Origin: Octopus sinensis | Lineage: Eukaryota | Assembly (NCBI RefSeq): GCF_006345805.1 | Contig: NW_021834786.1 | Coordinates: 1-64,000, forward strand | Direction: 5' to 3' | DNA: 64,000 bases | In this document: positions 1 through 10,809 of the stretch, in pieces | Layout of the letters: every line of letters starts with the position of its first letter | Position numbering within the stretch: the stretch's first letter is position 1 | The notes under the pieces: generated by a model | What the model was told of the DNA's origin: nothing | Databases searched by the model: none | Seen by the model: only the letters and a program-made list of their open reading frames with translations | Position numbers and translations under genes: made by a program

Positions 1-699
1 TCAGTGGACACAACAGGGTCAAACTAGCCAAAGATGGTTGTAATCTGAAACGAGATCATTCCTAAAGTGTCTCTCAAACAGTGAGGATATCAATATCGCT
101 ACACAGGTACCAAAAGTTGTCATGTTCATACTTTGGAGGTCAATGAAGACAATAATCTCAGCCATAGAGCACTTCAACAAGAGAAACATCCATGCTGAAG
201 ACTAGAGAATCACAATTACTCTTGCCTATACAATACCTTCTGTGTACCTGAAGCTGTGGAAACCACAATATTTCATTGTTGCACATGTGTGACACCTTCA
301 CTGCTTTAATGAAAGGCTCCAGGAAGTTTCACACATCAATCAATGAAGTCCATGAATGATTACACAACATTTCAACAAGGAGAGGGCAGAAAACTGCGCC
401 TGTTTCTGCTTATAATGCACTTTCCATGCACCTGAAACTAAGTATTTCATTAAGTGTCTTATATAGGCACAAAGCCAAAGATTTTCGGTCAAGGGTTAGT
501 CGATCAAATACACTCCAGTACTTGATTGATATTGCATTGTGTCAAACTACTGAAGTGATGAAAATGTAAGTTAGTGCCGGCAAGATAGTAAAGAACCGGA
601 AGAAATACAGCAAAATATCTCGTCCGATACTAAAAGTTTTGCACACCCACTTCCTTGAACAAATTATTAATAATATTTTTTTCTTCCTCTTTAGATAAG

Positions 700-830
700 A
701 AAGCAGAAAGAATGTCTTCAGTGTCAGGATTCACTTATTCTTGGAGATCTTCAACAACGTTCTTCTTCTTGTAGTTCTTACACTACCATTCACATTTCAA
801 GAAGCTTTCCTTTGGTTTCATCTTAAAGAT
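700..830 (+). CDS. SLC18B1-like gene 1, first in-window exon
   Basis: Open frame SRKNVFSVRIHLFLEIFNNVLLLVVLTLPFTFQEAFLWFHLKD ends at a GTAAGT donor (831). The end resembles SLC18B1 'GFLDPTLSLFVLEK' and phase 0 joins exon 8048. Start assumes the AG at 698-699; the AG at 693-694 leads to a stop. Confidence 0.6.
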
Positions 831-852
831 GTAAGTATTATTCTTCGTGTAA

Positions 853-978
853 GAGGGCTAGTCGATTAGATCGACTCCAGTACGCGACTGGTATTTAATT
901 TATAGACCTCGAAAGGATGAAAGTCAAAGTTAACCTAGGCGGAATTTGAACTAAGAACGTAATGGCAGATGAAATACC
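853..978 (-). mobile_element. 3' part of the tRNA-derived SINE that hosts the Tx1 insertion
   Basis: On the - strand it begins at GGTATTTCATCTGCC, then box-B-like TAGTTCAAATTCC and the SINE body. The box-A half of the head is absent here. Confidence 0.75.
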
Positions 979-1399
979 AATTTTTTTATTGCCCACCGGG
1001 GGCCAAACATAGAAATGGACAGAACAATTGATGGGATCAGTAAAACGGTATGATTTTACATATAATGTGACTATAAAAATTGAAATAGAATATTAAAAAA
1101 ATCGAATGGAATTAACAATACAAAGACAATACAAATGAAGCGATGATCAGGCCACGCTCCGATCCCACAAGCCCCGATCTACCGCTTGTCCCTTTTTTTT
1201 TCTTTTTTTTTCGTCTATTCACATGGTTCCTTGCACGCACAATACTCGTGCAACATGCTTCCATGTCTTTTCGAATGTACACTCCGACAGACATCTCTTC
1301 ACCAGCCAGAGTTTCCTTTTCAAATGAAAAGAAAAAAAAATGATCGTAAATTGTGGCCAGAGATAAAGTTGTCTGTCCTAATTCCTTTTATCCTAGTCT

Positions 1400-2083
1400 T
1401 CCATACTGCCTCTTTCGCTTCGTTAAAACTCTCGGTGATTCAATTTTTATAATTAACTCAGTCGTCAGCTGTACTCTTCCTTCGCCAGACATCAGGTGTT
1501 CAGCATGAGCCCACATTTCAGTTATCTCCGGACACTGAACAATAGCGTGAGGGACGGTTTCCCTGTCCCCCGCATCTTGGACAGGTCGGCGACTGACGCT
1601 TACCGTGTCTTGTGAGCTTATCCCAAACGGGCAAGGCACCTCTGTAGCATTGCCAGGTTAAGGACTTTTGGAAGTTGTCCAACGTTCTAAACCCGAATGT
1701 ACGGTGAAACAGGTTGTCCAGTTGAATAAACCCGAGACCTAGAGTCGCCCCCAGGCCATCGTCGCATTCAGATTCTAGCAACCCACTATATAAAATCCGT
1801 GTGGAACCCCCACCGTTCGCGTTGCCCGAGCGCCGGATTAGCAAGAGGGCCTTACGGCAGTCTTTATGCCACTCGCTCGACCTCGATCTACGAGAACACC
1901 AGGCTTCCTGTTCGCAAAAACTTTTGAACTCAGGAACATTTGTCTGGCCAGCGGAGACCACATCCGTTCACTATCCAGGAGAATCCAGAGGTGCCTCAAC
2001 CTCAACGCATGTCTGCGCATCATTATAAAAGGCATCCCTAAACCTCCCTTTAAAGGCTTTTGACAGCAGACAGAGCCTTCCAT
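1400..2083 (-). pseudogene. Tx1 ORF2 C-terminal remnant (post-RT and zf-RVT region)
   Basis: KPLKGGLGMP..ALRLRHLW, then LTWQCYRGALPVWDKL..SPTCPRCG / ETVPHAIVQCPEITEMW across frameshifts. Confidence 0.8.
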
Positions 2084-2097
2084 TTTCCTTTTGTTGT

Positions 2098-3024
2098 TTA
2101 TTTTTTCTTCTGTTTCTCCCTCTCTCTTTCTTCCTCCTCGCCGTCTGATTCTTCTACACCTTCTTTATAATATTTTTTAATGTGACCCAGTTGGCCATGC
2201 TGGAAACATCGGGGCTTACGCCCATCAACAAAAATATTTAGAACTTCCTCTTCTACTTCCACGATTTCTGGGAGCTGTTCTAAAATCTTTTGGCCAGCCT
2301 GCAGTATGAGGTAAGTGTTTGACCAGTCCAATAGGTATTCTCTGTGACGGTAGCCTGCAGGAGGTTCATATTATCTTCCCTGTTTGCTAGGACTGCCGCC
2401 ATCGAGCACATAGGGTTTACTCCGGGTGGAATTCTTGGTATTCTCACTTTTGATGTTCTCATTCCCATGTAAATTGGGATTAACATTGTGTCTTCCGACT
2501 CTAAAGATTTTACCGAGTATTTTTGTGACGTTTCTGCGTTCTTGAATCTCACCACGATGGTTCCAAACTTCTTCCCTCTGGCTAGATATGTAATGTCCTG
2601 CCAGATGGGTTTTAGATATTTTTCATTTTTTTGCTCACATATCTTATCAATTTTACGAGCTTTTAAGCAGAATGTCTTAAAAATAATAATTTTCTTTTTT
2701 TCCTCCGTAAATTCTTCTTCTGGTATTTCCAATTTTACTACTCCATCTCGTTCTGTTATCATATCTTTGTATTTTAGTAATTCTTTTTTGTCAGTTGACA
2801 GCTGTCGCGTTCCACTACCAGCTGCTGACGCAAAACTTTTCCTTTCTTCATTTTGGATGATCCTTTCTTCTGTCTTCCTTTTGGTGTTCGTAACTTTTAG
2901 TAATGCCAGGAATTCGCTTTCCGACACATCAGAAACGTTATCAAAAAATTAAACTTTCTATTTTCTTTACTTCTCGCTCAATCGATGATTCATCACCCGA
3001 CGAAGAAGACAAACTTTTCGGCAT
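2098..3024 (-). pseudogene. Tx1 ORF1 (gag-like) remnant
   Basis: ATG at 3024 (MPKSLSSSSGDES), frameshifts near 2945 and 2320, degenerate zinc knuckle GRKPRCFQHGQLGHIKKY. Homologous to the ORF at 63616. Confidence 0.75.
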
Positions 3025-3191
3025 CTTGCCGGCAATTAATGTTTACCCTCACAGGAGAAAACCACAGATAGCTTTCGAAAGAAAACTATACTACAATTTT
3101 TTCAACAATAAGCACAAGAAATATAACAATTAATAGAAACTTACGAACACACTCCAACAATAAATTTTCAATAACAGACGTACGAAATACC

Positions 3192-3423
3192 TATTTCTTT
3201 ACTACCCACAAGTGGCTAAACACAGAGAGGACAAACAAGGACAGACAAACGGATTAAGTCGATTATATCGACCCAGTGCGTAACTGGTACTTATTTAGTC
3301 GAGCCCGAAAAGATGAAAGGCAAAGTCGACCTCGGCGGAGTTTGAACTCAAAACGTAGCGGCAGACGAAATACCGCAAAGCATTTCGCCGGGCGTGCTAA
3401 CGTTTCTGCCAGCTCGCCGCCTT
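3192..3423 (-). mobile_element. tRNA-derived SINE with Tx1-derived tail (tail B)
   Basis: Head GGCGGCGAGCTGGCAGAAACGTTAGC..GAGTTCAAACTCC (box A/B-like), shared body, tail ..GTTTAGCCACTTGTGGGTAGTAAAGAAATA. Confidence 0.85.
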
Positions 3424-3449
3424 GATGTAAGTATTATTTACAATAATAT

Positions 3450-5297
3450 AAGGCGGCGAGCTAGCAAAATCGTTAGCACGCCCGGCGAAATGCTTAGCGG
3501 TATTTCATCTGCCACTACGTTTTGCGTTCAAATTCCGTCGAGATTGACTTTACCTTTCATCATTTAGGGGTTGATAAATTATGTACCAGTGAAACACTGG
3601 GGTCGATGTAATCGACTAGTCCTATCCCACAAAATTGCTGCCCTTGTGGCAAAACTTGAAGCTATTTTTTATAGTAATTATAATTGTTTTAAATTTTGGC
3701 ACACAGTAAAAAAATTAGTGTGTGGGGAGGGTGGAGTTAGTCGATTACATCGATCCAGTACTTCACTGGTATTATAGTTTATCGGCTCCGAAAGGAAGAA
3801 AGTCAAAGTTGACCTTGGCGGTATTTAAACTCAGAACGTAAAGGGCCGGAAGAAATACCGCTAAGCATTTAGTCCGACGCACTAATGATTCAGCCTGTAC
3901 ACCACCTTAGTAATGATTTCTGATATAGGCATAAAACCAACAACTATCGACGTAGTACTTGACCTACTTTTATTTATCCTGTAAGAATGAAAGGTAAAGT
4001 TCACTTCAATGGGATACGAGTTCATAACGTAAAGAGTCGGAACAAATGTCGCAAAGCATTTTTTCCGGTGATTAACGATTCTACCAGCTCGCCGCCATTT
4101 TAATATTTTCTAATTTTGATATAAGGTTAGCAATTTTGAGAGAAGGATTAAGCCGATGTCATTGACCCCTATTCTTGACGAGTACTTTATTTCATCGATC
4201 CCAGGATTTGAACTCAGAACAGTATTAGAACAAAAACCGTAAAGTATTTTATTCTACACTGAAAAGATCTGTCAATGCACTGCCGATATAGCCAGAAATT
4301 TTTAAAGAGGGGTTAATTGACCCCCATCACTTGATCGGTACTTCGAAATCAGATGGGTGAAGGCAAAACTGATCTCGGCGAGATTTGAACATTCAACTTA
4401 AAAAGCTGTAGTTAAATACTTTTGTCAAACACTTTAACGATTCCGCCAATTCAATAATAAAAATTTCTTTTAATGGCCACAAGGGCCGAAAGAGTTTGGT
4501 GACAATGTAAGAACGAAATACACACACTGCAAATTTAGGTTGAATAAAAAGAAAGTATATATTTAGACAAGCGTGCTAAATATTTTGCCGGCACGCCGTC
4601 TTGATAATAGTAATAATTATTTCAGCTTTTAGCACAAGGTCCGCAAGTTCACAGGAGGACTATATATTAATTACATCGACCCAGTGCTCATTTAGTACTT
4701 ATTTTATCAACACCGAAAGGGTGAAAGGAAACGTTCACCCCGGCGGAATTTGTACTCAAAACGTAGCGACAGGCAAAATACCACAAAGCATTTCATCCAG
4801 CGTGCTAACGATTCTGCCAGCTCACCGCCTTAAGGATATTGGGCTTGTGCATAATTATTGCGGCTTTTTTTTCAACAAATTTCATTCAACAAAAACAATA
4901 ACAATATTTAACAAAAACATCTTTAAATAACGGTCTGACCGTCTGCCAAGCAAATGGGAGGCAGTAATTGAAGTAGATGGTGAATATGCTCTGGAATAAT
5001 CATTTAAAGATGGTTTGTTACTTATTGTTATTGCTCTTGTTGAATAAAATTTGTTGAAAAAAGTCGCAATTATTATGTACCAACCCAATAATAATAACCC
5101 TTTCTACAAAAGGCACAAGGCCTGAAATTTGTGGGGAGGAGACTAGTAGATTACATCGCCCCCAGTGTTTCACTGGTGTTTATTTTAATGACCCCGAAAA
5201 GATGAAGGGCAAAGTCAACCTCGGCTGAATTTGTACTCAGAACGTAGTGACAGGCGAAATACCGTCAGCGCGCTAACGATTCTGCCAGGTCGCCGCC

Positions 5298-5367
<70 letters not shown>

Positions 5368-5578
5368 CCTTTCTACTATAGGCACAAGGGCTAAAATTTG
5401 GGGGGAGGGGTAAGTTGAATACATCGAACCCAGCGCTCAACTGGTACTTATTTTAATGACCCTGAAAGGATGAAAGGCAAAGTCGTCCTCGGCGGAATTT
5501 GAACTTAGAACGTCGGGACAGCCGAAATGCCGCTAAGTATTTTGCCCGGCGTCCTAACGATTCTGCCAGTTCACCGCC

Positions 5579-5581
<3 letters not shown>
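3450..5581. mobile_element. Cluster of about 9 variously decayed copies of the same SINE family (tail A where visible)
   Basis: Repeated GAATTTGAACTCAGAACG and GTCGACCTCGGCG cores at about 3450(+), 3700, 3950, 4130, 4300, 4630, 5100 and 5370. Tail A reads CCTTGTGCCTATAGTAGAAAGG(ATT)n. Confidence 0.8.
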
Positions 5582-5674
<93 letters not shown>

Positions 5675-5717
5675 TAATAATAATAATGATGATAATAATA
5701 ATGATAATAATAATAAC

Positions 5718-5799
<82 letters not shown>
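5580..5799. repeat. (TAA)n microsatellite
   Basis: Direct reading. Further arrays at 5299-5367, 6356-6387, 6825-6905, 28047-28230, 29534-29730 and 31041-31070. Confidence 0.95.
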
Positions 5800-5801
5800 T
5801 T

Positions 5802-6355
5802 GCCCTGATGCAGTACCAGGCAGTGGCTCTCATGGTTTCTGATCTTAACTGATTGGAAGTGTTATCATGTACATTGTTTTGTCTTGGTATAAAAGATGGG
5901 CTACAGCAAATATTCTGCTCAATACCACAGATTTGCTTGTCAGTTATTTGACCTTAACCAGTTGAGCATGTCCCTTAGTGGCTGACGATATGTGCATCTC
6001 TGATTACGAGCAGAAGTAGTGGGGGAGCATCATAGCCATGTGTTGAGAGGGATTCTTTGGGGTTTGAATAGTTCACCTCTGGAAACATGGGTGGTTCTTT
6101 CAACATCCTTAAACAACTCTTATTCAGGGACCTTTTGAGCGGGATGGGCTACTCAACCTGAAGAAATTTCTAACTGGGACCCACTTGCAAGGTCATGTGC
6201 TGTTTATCTTGATATGAGATCACCATGTCGCGCACATATGGTTGTGATGCATGTGCCTGGTGTACCCTTATCAGACGGGTAGTCATGATGGGTATATTGG
6301 GCTTCGTATATTTTACCCCAGTGTCACTTTGATGGCATGAACTGCTCTTTCACTC
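5802..6355 (+). mobile_element. ~555-bp non-coding interspersed element in a (TAA)n array
   Basis: Closely similar reverse-complement copy at 31072-31600; both end ..CTCTCAC followed by (TAA)n. Confidence 0.85.
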
Positions 6356-6387
<32 letters not shown>

Positions 6388-6389
<2 letters not shown>

Positions 6390-6825
6390 TCGATATAAAC
6401 ATATCTGTCAAGACCTACCAGAAACTGAGCAAATATAAAGATCTGGAAATAGAAATCAGCAAAATGTGGAACCTGAAGACTAAAACAATACCTGTTGTCA
6501 TAGGTGCCCTGGGAATGATAGCCAAAGGGGCTGATTGCTACCTAACTCAGATACCAGGAAACCCCAAAATGGCAGAAATTCAAAAGATAGTGCTCATGGG
6601 AACTGCTCATATCCTACGCAAAATACCTTCTTTGTAATCTCAAGTTTTAAAACAAACATAATTTTCGTATGGTTTTTTAGGCATTCACTAAAACAACATT
6701 AAGTACAAAACCAAATATATGGCACCCTAGGCATAACACCAACATGAACTTCCAACTCGTTGTCTCTTGAGGTGAGACTTGGAGCCAGCTTGTGCAAATG
6801 TAAAGCAAAAGTGAAACATAGAATA
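6388..6825 (+). mobile_element. R4/Dong-clade non-LTR 3' fragment
   Basis: KLSKYKDLEIEISKMWNLKTKTIPVVIGALGMI..IQKIVLMGTAHILRK (restriction-like endonuclease C-terminus), 3'UTR, (TAA)n tail. Confidence 0.8.
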
Positions 6826-6833
6826 ATAATAAT

Positions 6834-6907
<74 letters not shown>

Positions 6908-6908
<1 letters not shown>

Positions 6909-7311
6909 GCTTTCTACTATAGGCACAAGGCCTGAAACTTGGCAGGAGACGGGAAATACTCGATTATGTCGACTCCAGTGTTTCACTGGTATTTAAGTTA
7001 TCGACCCCAAAGGGATAAAAGGCAGAGTCGACCTCAACGAAATTCGAACTCAAAAAGTAGCGACGGGCGAAGTACCTATTTCTTTACTACCCACAAGGGG
7101 CTAAACATAGAGAGGACAAACAAGGACAGACAACGGATTAAGTCGATTATGTCGACCCCAGTGCGTAACTGGTACTTAATTTATCGACCCCGAAAGGATG
7201 AAAGGCAAAGTCGACCTCGGTGGAATTTGAACTCAGAAGAACGTAATGGCAGACGAAATACGGCTACGCATTTCACCCGGCGTGCTAACGTTTCTGCTAG
7301 TTCGCTGCTTT
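6908..7311 (-). mobile_element. Nested SINE: tail-B unit inside a tail-A SINE at the GGTAYTTC site
   Basis: The - strand reads [head 5' half][body + tail B ..GTAGTAAAGAAATA][GGTACTTCGCCCGTCGC.. body + tail A]; junction at 7077/7078. Confidence 0.8.
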
Positions 7312-7342
7312 AACAACAACAACAATAATAATAATAATAATA

Positions 7343-7448
7343 ATTGTTTGTTCCTTCTCGAACCATGCCTGGCTCATCAGGGCCGGTGTCCCGGTTTCCT
7401 TGGCGTATAGGTTCCCCACCTGGACGGGACGCCGTTCCGTCGCAGGTT
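7343..7448 (-). mobile_element. Meta/V-domain SINE 3' fragment
   Basis: AACCTGCGACGGAACGGCGTCCCGTCCAGG..GAAACCGGG resembles the recalled V/Meta-SINE core. A related copy with a tRNA head lies at 26725-26950 (-). Confidence 0.6.
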
Positions 7449-8047
7449 AATAAAAATAATAATAGTTTCCAATTTTGGTACAAAGCCAGCAATTTCGGGG
7501 AAGCAGGGAAGTCGATTACATCGAACCCCAATAATAAGCTTTTGTACGTTTCAGAAAAATGCATCATTTCCAAAAACGTATCTAATTCTTTTTTATGATG
7601 AACGAAAAAGAAAATTTCGATGTATTTTGCAAATCATAAAGAAGGACTTTTTTACATAAGCAAAAGGTCACATCATTCGACGGACTCGTACTGGCGATCG
7701 TATTGGTTCCTTGAATTACTTTCCAAATGAAAAATAAAGTCAATATCGTCAAGACACAACTTTCAAAGGGAAAAGTAGATCTAAATAAATGTCACAAAAC
7801 ATCCTGTCTCTTTTACAATAAGCTAATATTCTTGTGTGAAAGTTTTAGTTGTTCTACGGAGCAAAGTATTGCAGCAAAATGGGAATACATCTAGTGCTTA
7901 AATTACTATTAGTACCTGTCCAGAAATAGGTTGAGGGAAAGGTGTCTGTCAAAGGTTGAGCTAAGTCAATAAAGGTAACAAACGTTTTTCCATTTGAAAA
8001 TATTAAACGTCAGACTAACGAAGCGAATTCTTTTTTGTCTTTTTAAG

Positions 8048-8146
8048 TTTTCTTTCTCTCAGACGGAGATAGGAGCGATGTACTGCCTGCTCTGTATCAA
8101 TTATAGCTTCGCATCCTTATTGAACGTCCGGATAGCGTATAAAGTA
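8048..8146 (+). CDS. SLC18B1-like gene 1 exon (99 nt)
   Basis: ttttaag|...|gtgagt. FSFSQTEIGAMYCLLCINYSFASLLNVRIAYKV aligns with recalled SLC18B1 FNLPAGYVGLVFLGMALSYAISSPLFGLLSDKR; phase 0/0. Confidence 0.75.
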
Positions 8147-9449
8147 GTGAGTATTCCTTTGTTCCATTGATGTTTCAAGATTTACTTCTGGATATACTTA
8201 AAACTTCTAGATATACTTAAAACTTGAAGATACTTCTTGAAAGTTAAGTAGGTCGGTCGGGGCTACTATAAGTCACTGGTTCATATTTTGTCAGTGTCAT
8301 GCTATGACTGTCTCCCTAGACATGACATTCAGGATACCCTAGTGTAATTCATATATCTATAAAAAGGGTCTATAGAAGGGCTTTTAGCACAGATATATGC
8401 TGCCCTAGCCCTAATGTATCAGCACTGGACAGTGTTACGTGCTGTCCATAACAAAGCACTGAACGTTAGCTTATGCAGTCTGCTTTGTTGTACATAGTTA
8501 AGATAGGAAGATTATGCTTCACCTTGAGCCCTCTTGATGGAGTTGTAGGGGTGTCGTTGTGGCACACCGGATATCTTTAACAATTTTAGTCTTGGTGAAG
8601 TCAATATTCTCCATGTCTGATCACAGATGATTCTTTCCAGAAAGGAGAACCACAGACAGAAAGTGCGAGGAAAAAAGCGATATCACTAATAGAATGATAT
8701 TTTATTTATGGATTCTGAAAGAACTAAAGACAAAGTGGGTCTTGTTGAGATTTGTTGTTGCTGCTTAACACCAGATCAGTCTTGACCGAACTGGTCTATG
8801 GGGAAAAGTGCTTCAATCATGACCGTCCCGACTTTCTGTAGATCATGAATTACGTTGTTCGATATAACATTTATTTTTTAAAAATTGGGTGTGATTTGAG
8901 GTAAATATGACTAGGATTTTCAACTTGAAAAAGTTCCTTAGTGACACCAAGACCATCTGACATACATTGACATCACTTTACATATGGGGGAAATGTTATA
9001 GGCAGGGATACAGAAGGCAAACCAAACTGTAACCTCTCTTGCACTTGCACTTTCTATTTCAATCCTACAGAGATGGTTAGTTTAGGAGATGGTGTAAGGT
9101 ATTAACTACTTCCATTTCGTTACTTCACAGAAGAGATTGATGTAAGAGGTGTAAGGTTTGAGTTACTCAAGGAAGGTGTGGTGTCATGAAAGGAATGGCT
9201 AGTAATGTTTCGGTTACATATGTAATTATTGAATATAAGTTCCTTTAAAATAAGGATTGTAATTAGCTAGATAACCCAGGAGGATTGGCGAACGTTATGC
9301 CAAAATTGATGGTTGTTAACGATCCAAAAGTCAGTTGCTTGAATACCTATACCTAAGAATTGTACCACAGCTAGACCATGTATAATCTTGATATATTAAT
9401 ATATTTCAGAATATTGAATAGTTAATTAATATGTTTATTTTCCTTTCAG

Positions 9450-9544
9450 TCAGATTCGAAAAGTCTGCTCATTGTGTCAAATATTTTACTTGCTAGCGCA
9501 TTATTGCTCTGCGGTCCATCGCCTTTCTTGGGAATAGAACATAA
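9450..9544 (+). CDS. SLC18B1-like gene 1 exon (95 nt)
   Basis: tttcctttcag|...|gtaagt. SDSKSLLIVSNILLASALLLCGPSPFLGIEH(K) resembles KWLLVFGNLITAGCYMLLGPVPILHIK; phase 0/2. Confidence 0.85.
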
Positions 9545-9751
9545 GTAAGTTGTCGATACTATTTTTTATGAAATTCTGATAATAAAAACATTAATGACTC
9601 GCAGAGGTACTGCTTCAAAATCTATCTCTCTGTAGTGTATCTATGTTTATTAGCTTGGCAATGTACATCTTCCTCTGTAATATGTGATCAAGAGGAATTC
9701 AACGAGCTATATCTATATGCATTGGTCTGTGTTCGTACTCATGTGCGGGCA

Positions 9752-10127
9752 GGATGGCGAATGCAATTTTGCCGAAGGACAAAAAGCCGAAACCAAGAAG
9801 CCGAACGGATACAATGTCGAACAAACATAAAGCCGAACGGGCACAATGCCGAAGGGACGTAAGGCTGAACGGACACAATGCCGAAAGGGCATAAAGCCGA
9901 ACGGACACAGTACCGAACGGACATGAAGCCGAACGAATACAAAAAAAACAAACAAAACATTCCTACCTACATAGTTTAATGACCAATTTATCAATTTGGG
10001 ACTTAATATTTAACGAGGTTAAATTTTAATTTTTGTGTCTTTTTGGCATCTTGTCTGCTCGACATTATATCCGTTCGGCTTCTTGGCTTCGACTTCTTGT
10101 GCCTCAGCAAATGTGCATTCGGCATCC
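9752..10127. mobile_element. Foldback/MULE-type MITE with subterminal ~15-bp repeats
   Basis: Ends GGATGGCGAATGC and GCATTCGGCATCC. Internal (AAGCCGAACGGACAC)-like tandem repeats occur in inverted orientation at both ends. No TSD found. Confidence 0.65.
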
Positions 10128-10147
10128 CATCCTTGTATCATTTGTGC

Positions 10148-10335
10148 GTACATACGTACATACATACATAAATACACATATATATATATATATATATATA
10201 CACATACATATATATATATGTATGTATGTATGTATGCATGCATGCATGCATGCATGCATGCATGCATGCATGCATGCATGCATGCATGCATGCATGCATG
10301 CGTGTATGTATGTATGCATGTATGCTTGCATATAT
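10148..10335. repeat. Compound (TACA)/(TA)/(TGCA)n microsatellite
   Basis: Direct reading; explains ORFs 10019-10437. Confidence 0.95.
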
Positions 10336-10809
10336 GTATCTGACTGTGTAGCTACCTGCGCATCTCTCTCCTCTCTCTCTCTCTCTCTCTCTTGGAATGA
10401 TGTCATTAAAATTTACCTTAAACAATTAGTAATATAACAAAATACATCAATGATACCACGTATAAATACGAAACAGAGTAAAGAAGTTGTCTTTAAAGTA
10501 GTTGTCCATAATTATTCACTTACTCTTTGAAATATTCGTGTCTCCTGTGTAGTTGATTTCCACAAACGGTTCATGATATTTGTATTCTGTCCTCGACAAC
10601 TATGTGCTAGGGTCGAATATATAAACCACATTCTATTTCCACAAACATTTTTTTTTCACTGTCTGCCCATGTTAGTAACCATTACCGTTGTTGTTGTTGT
10701 TGTTGTTCTTCTTCTTCTTCTTCTTCTTCTTCTTCTTCTTTTTCTTCTTCAGGTCATGAATGTCGTGTAATGATCTAATGAATACGATCACGAATACAAG
10801 TGGTCGAAA

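Larger units (their letters stand above)
979..3183 (-). mobile_element. Internally deleted Tx1/L1-clade LINE with TSD
   Basis: 5'UTR, ORF1 remnant, ORF2 C-terminus and a 3'UTR ending GGTGGGCAATAAAAAAATT. Flanked by GAAATACC at 971-978 and 3184-3191 (+ strand). Confidence 0.85.

Noticed and set aside
3335-3423. tRNA genes in SINE heads
   Set aside because: Box A/B-like motifs are present but there is no cloverleaf, and each is attached to a SINE body.
5215-5833. Poly-N/I/L/Y ORFs, and similar poly-IY, poly-HT/VC and poly-ER ORFs elsewhere
   Set aside because: Translations of microsatellites.
7350-7400. CTGATGAG on the minus strand as a hammerhead
   Set aside because: No GAAA after stem II and no valid stem III; it is part of the Meta/V-SINE tail.
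9636-9724. Possible SLC18B1 exon (..EEFNELYLYA)
   Set aside because: Needs a frameshift and a weak donor; exon 15752-15847 fills that slot with correct phase and strong splice sites.
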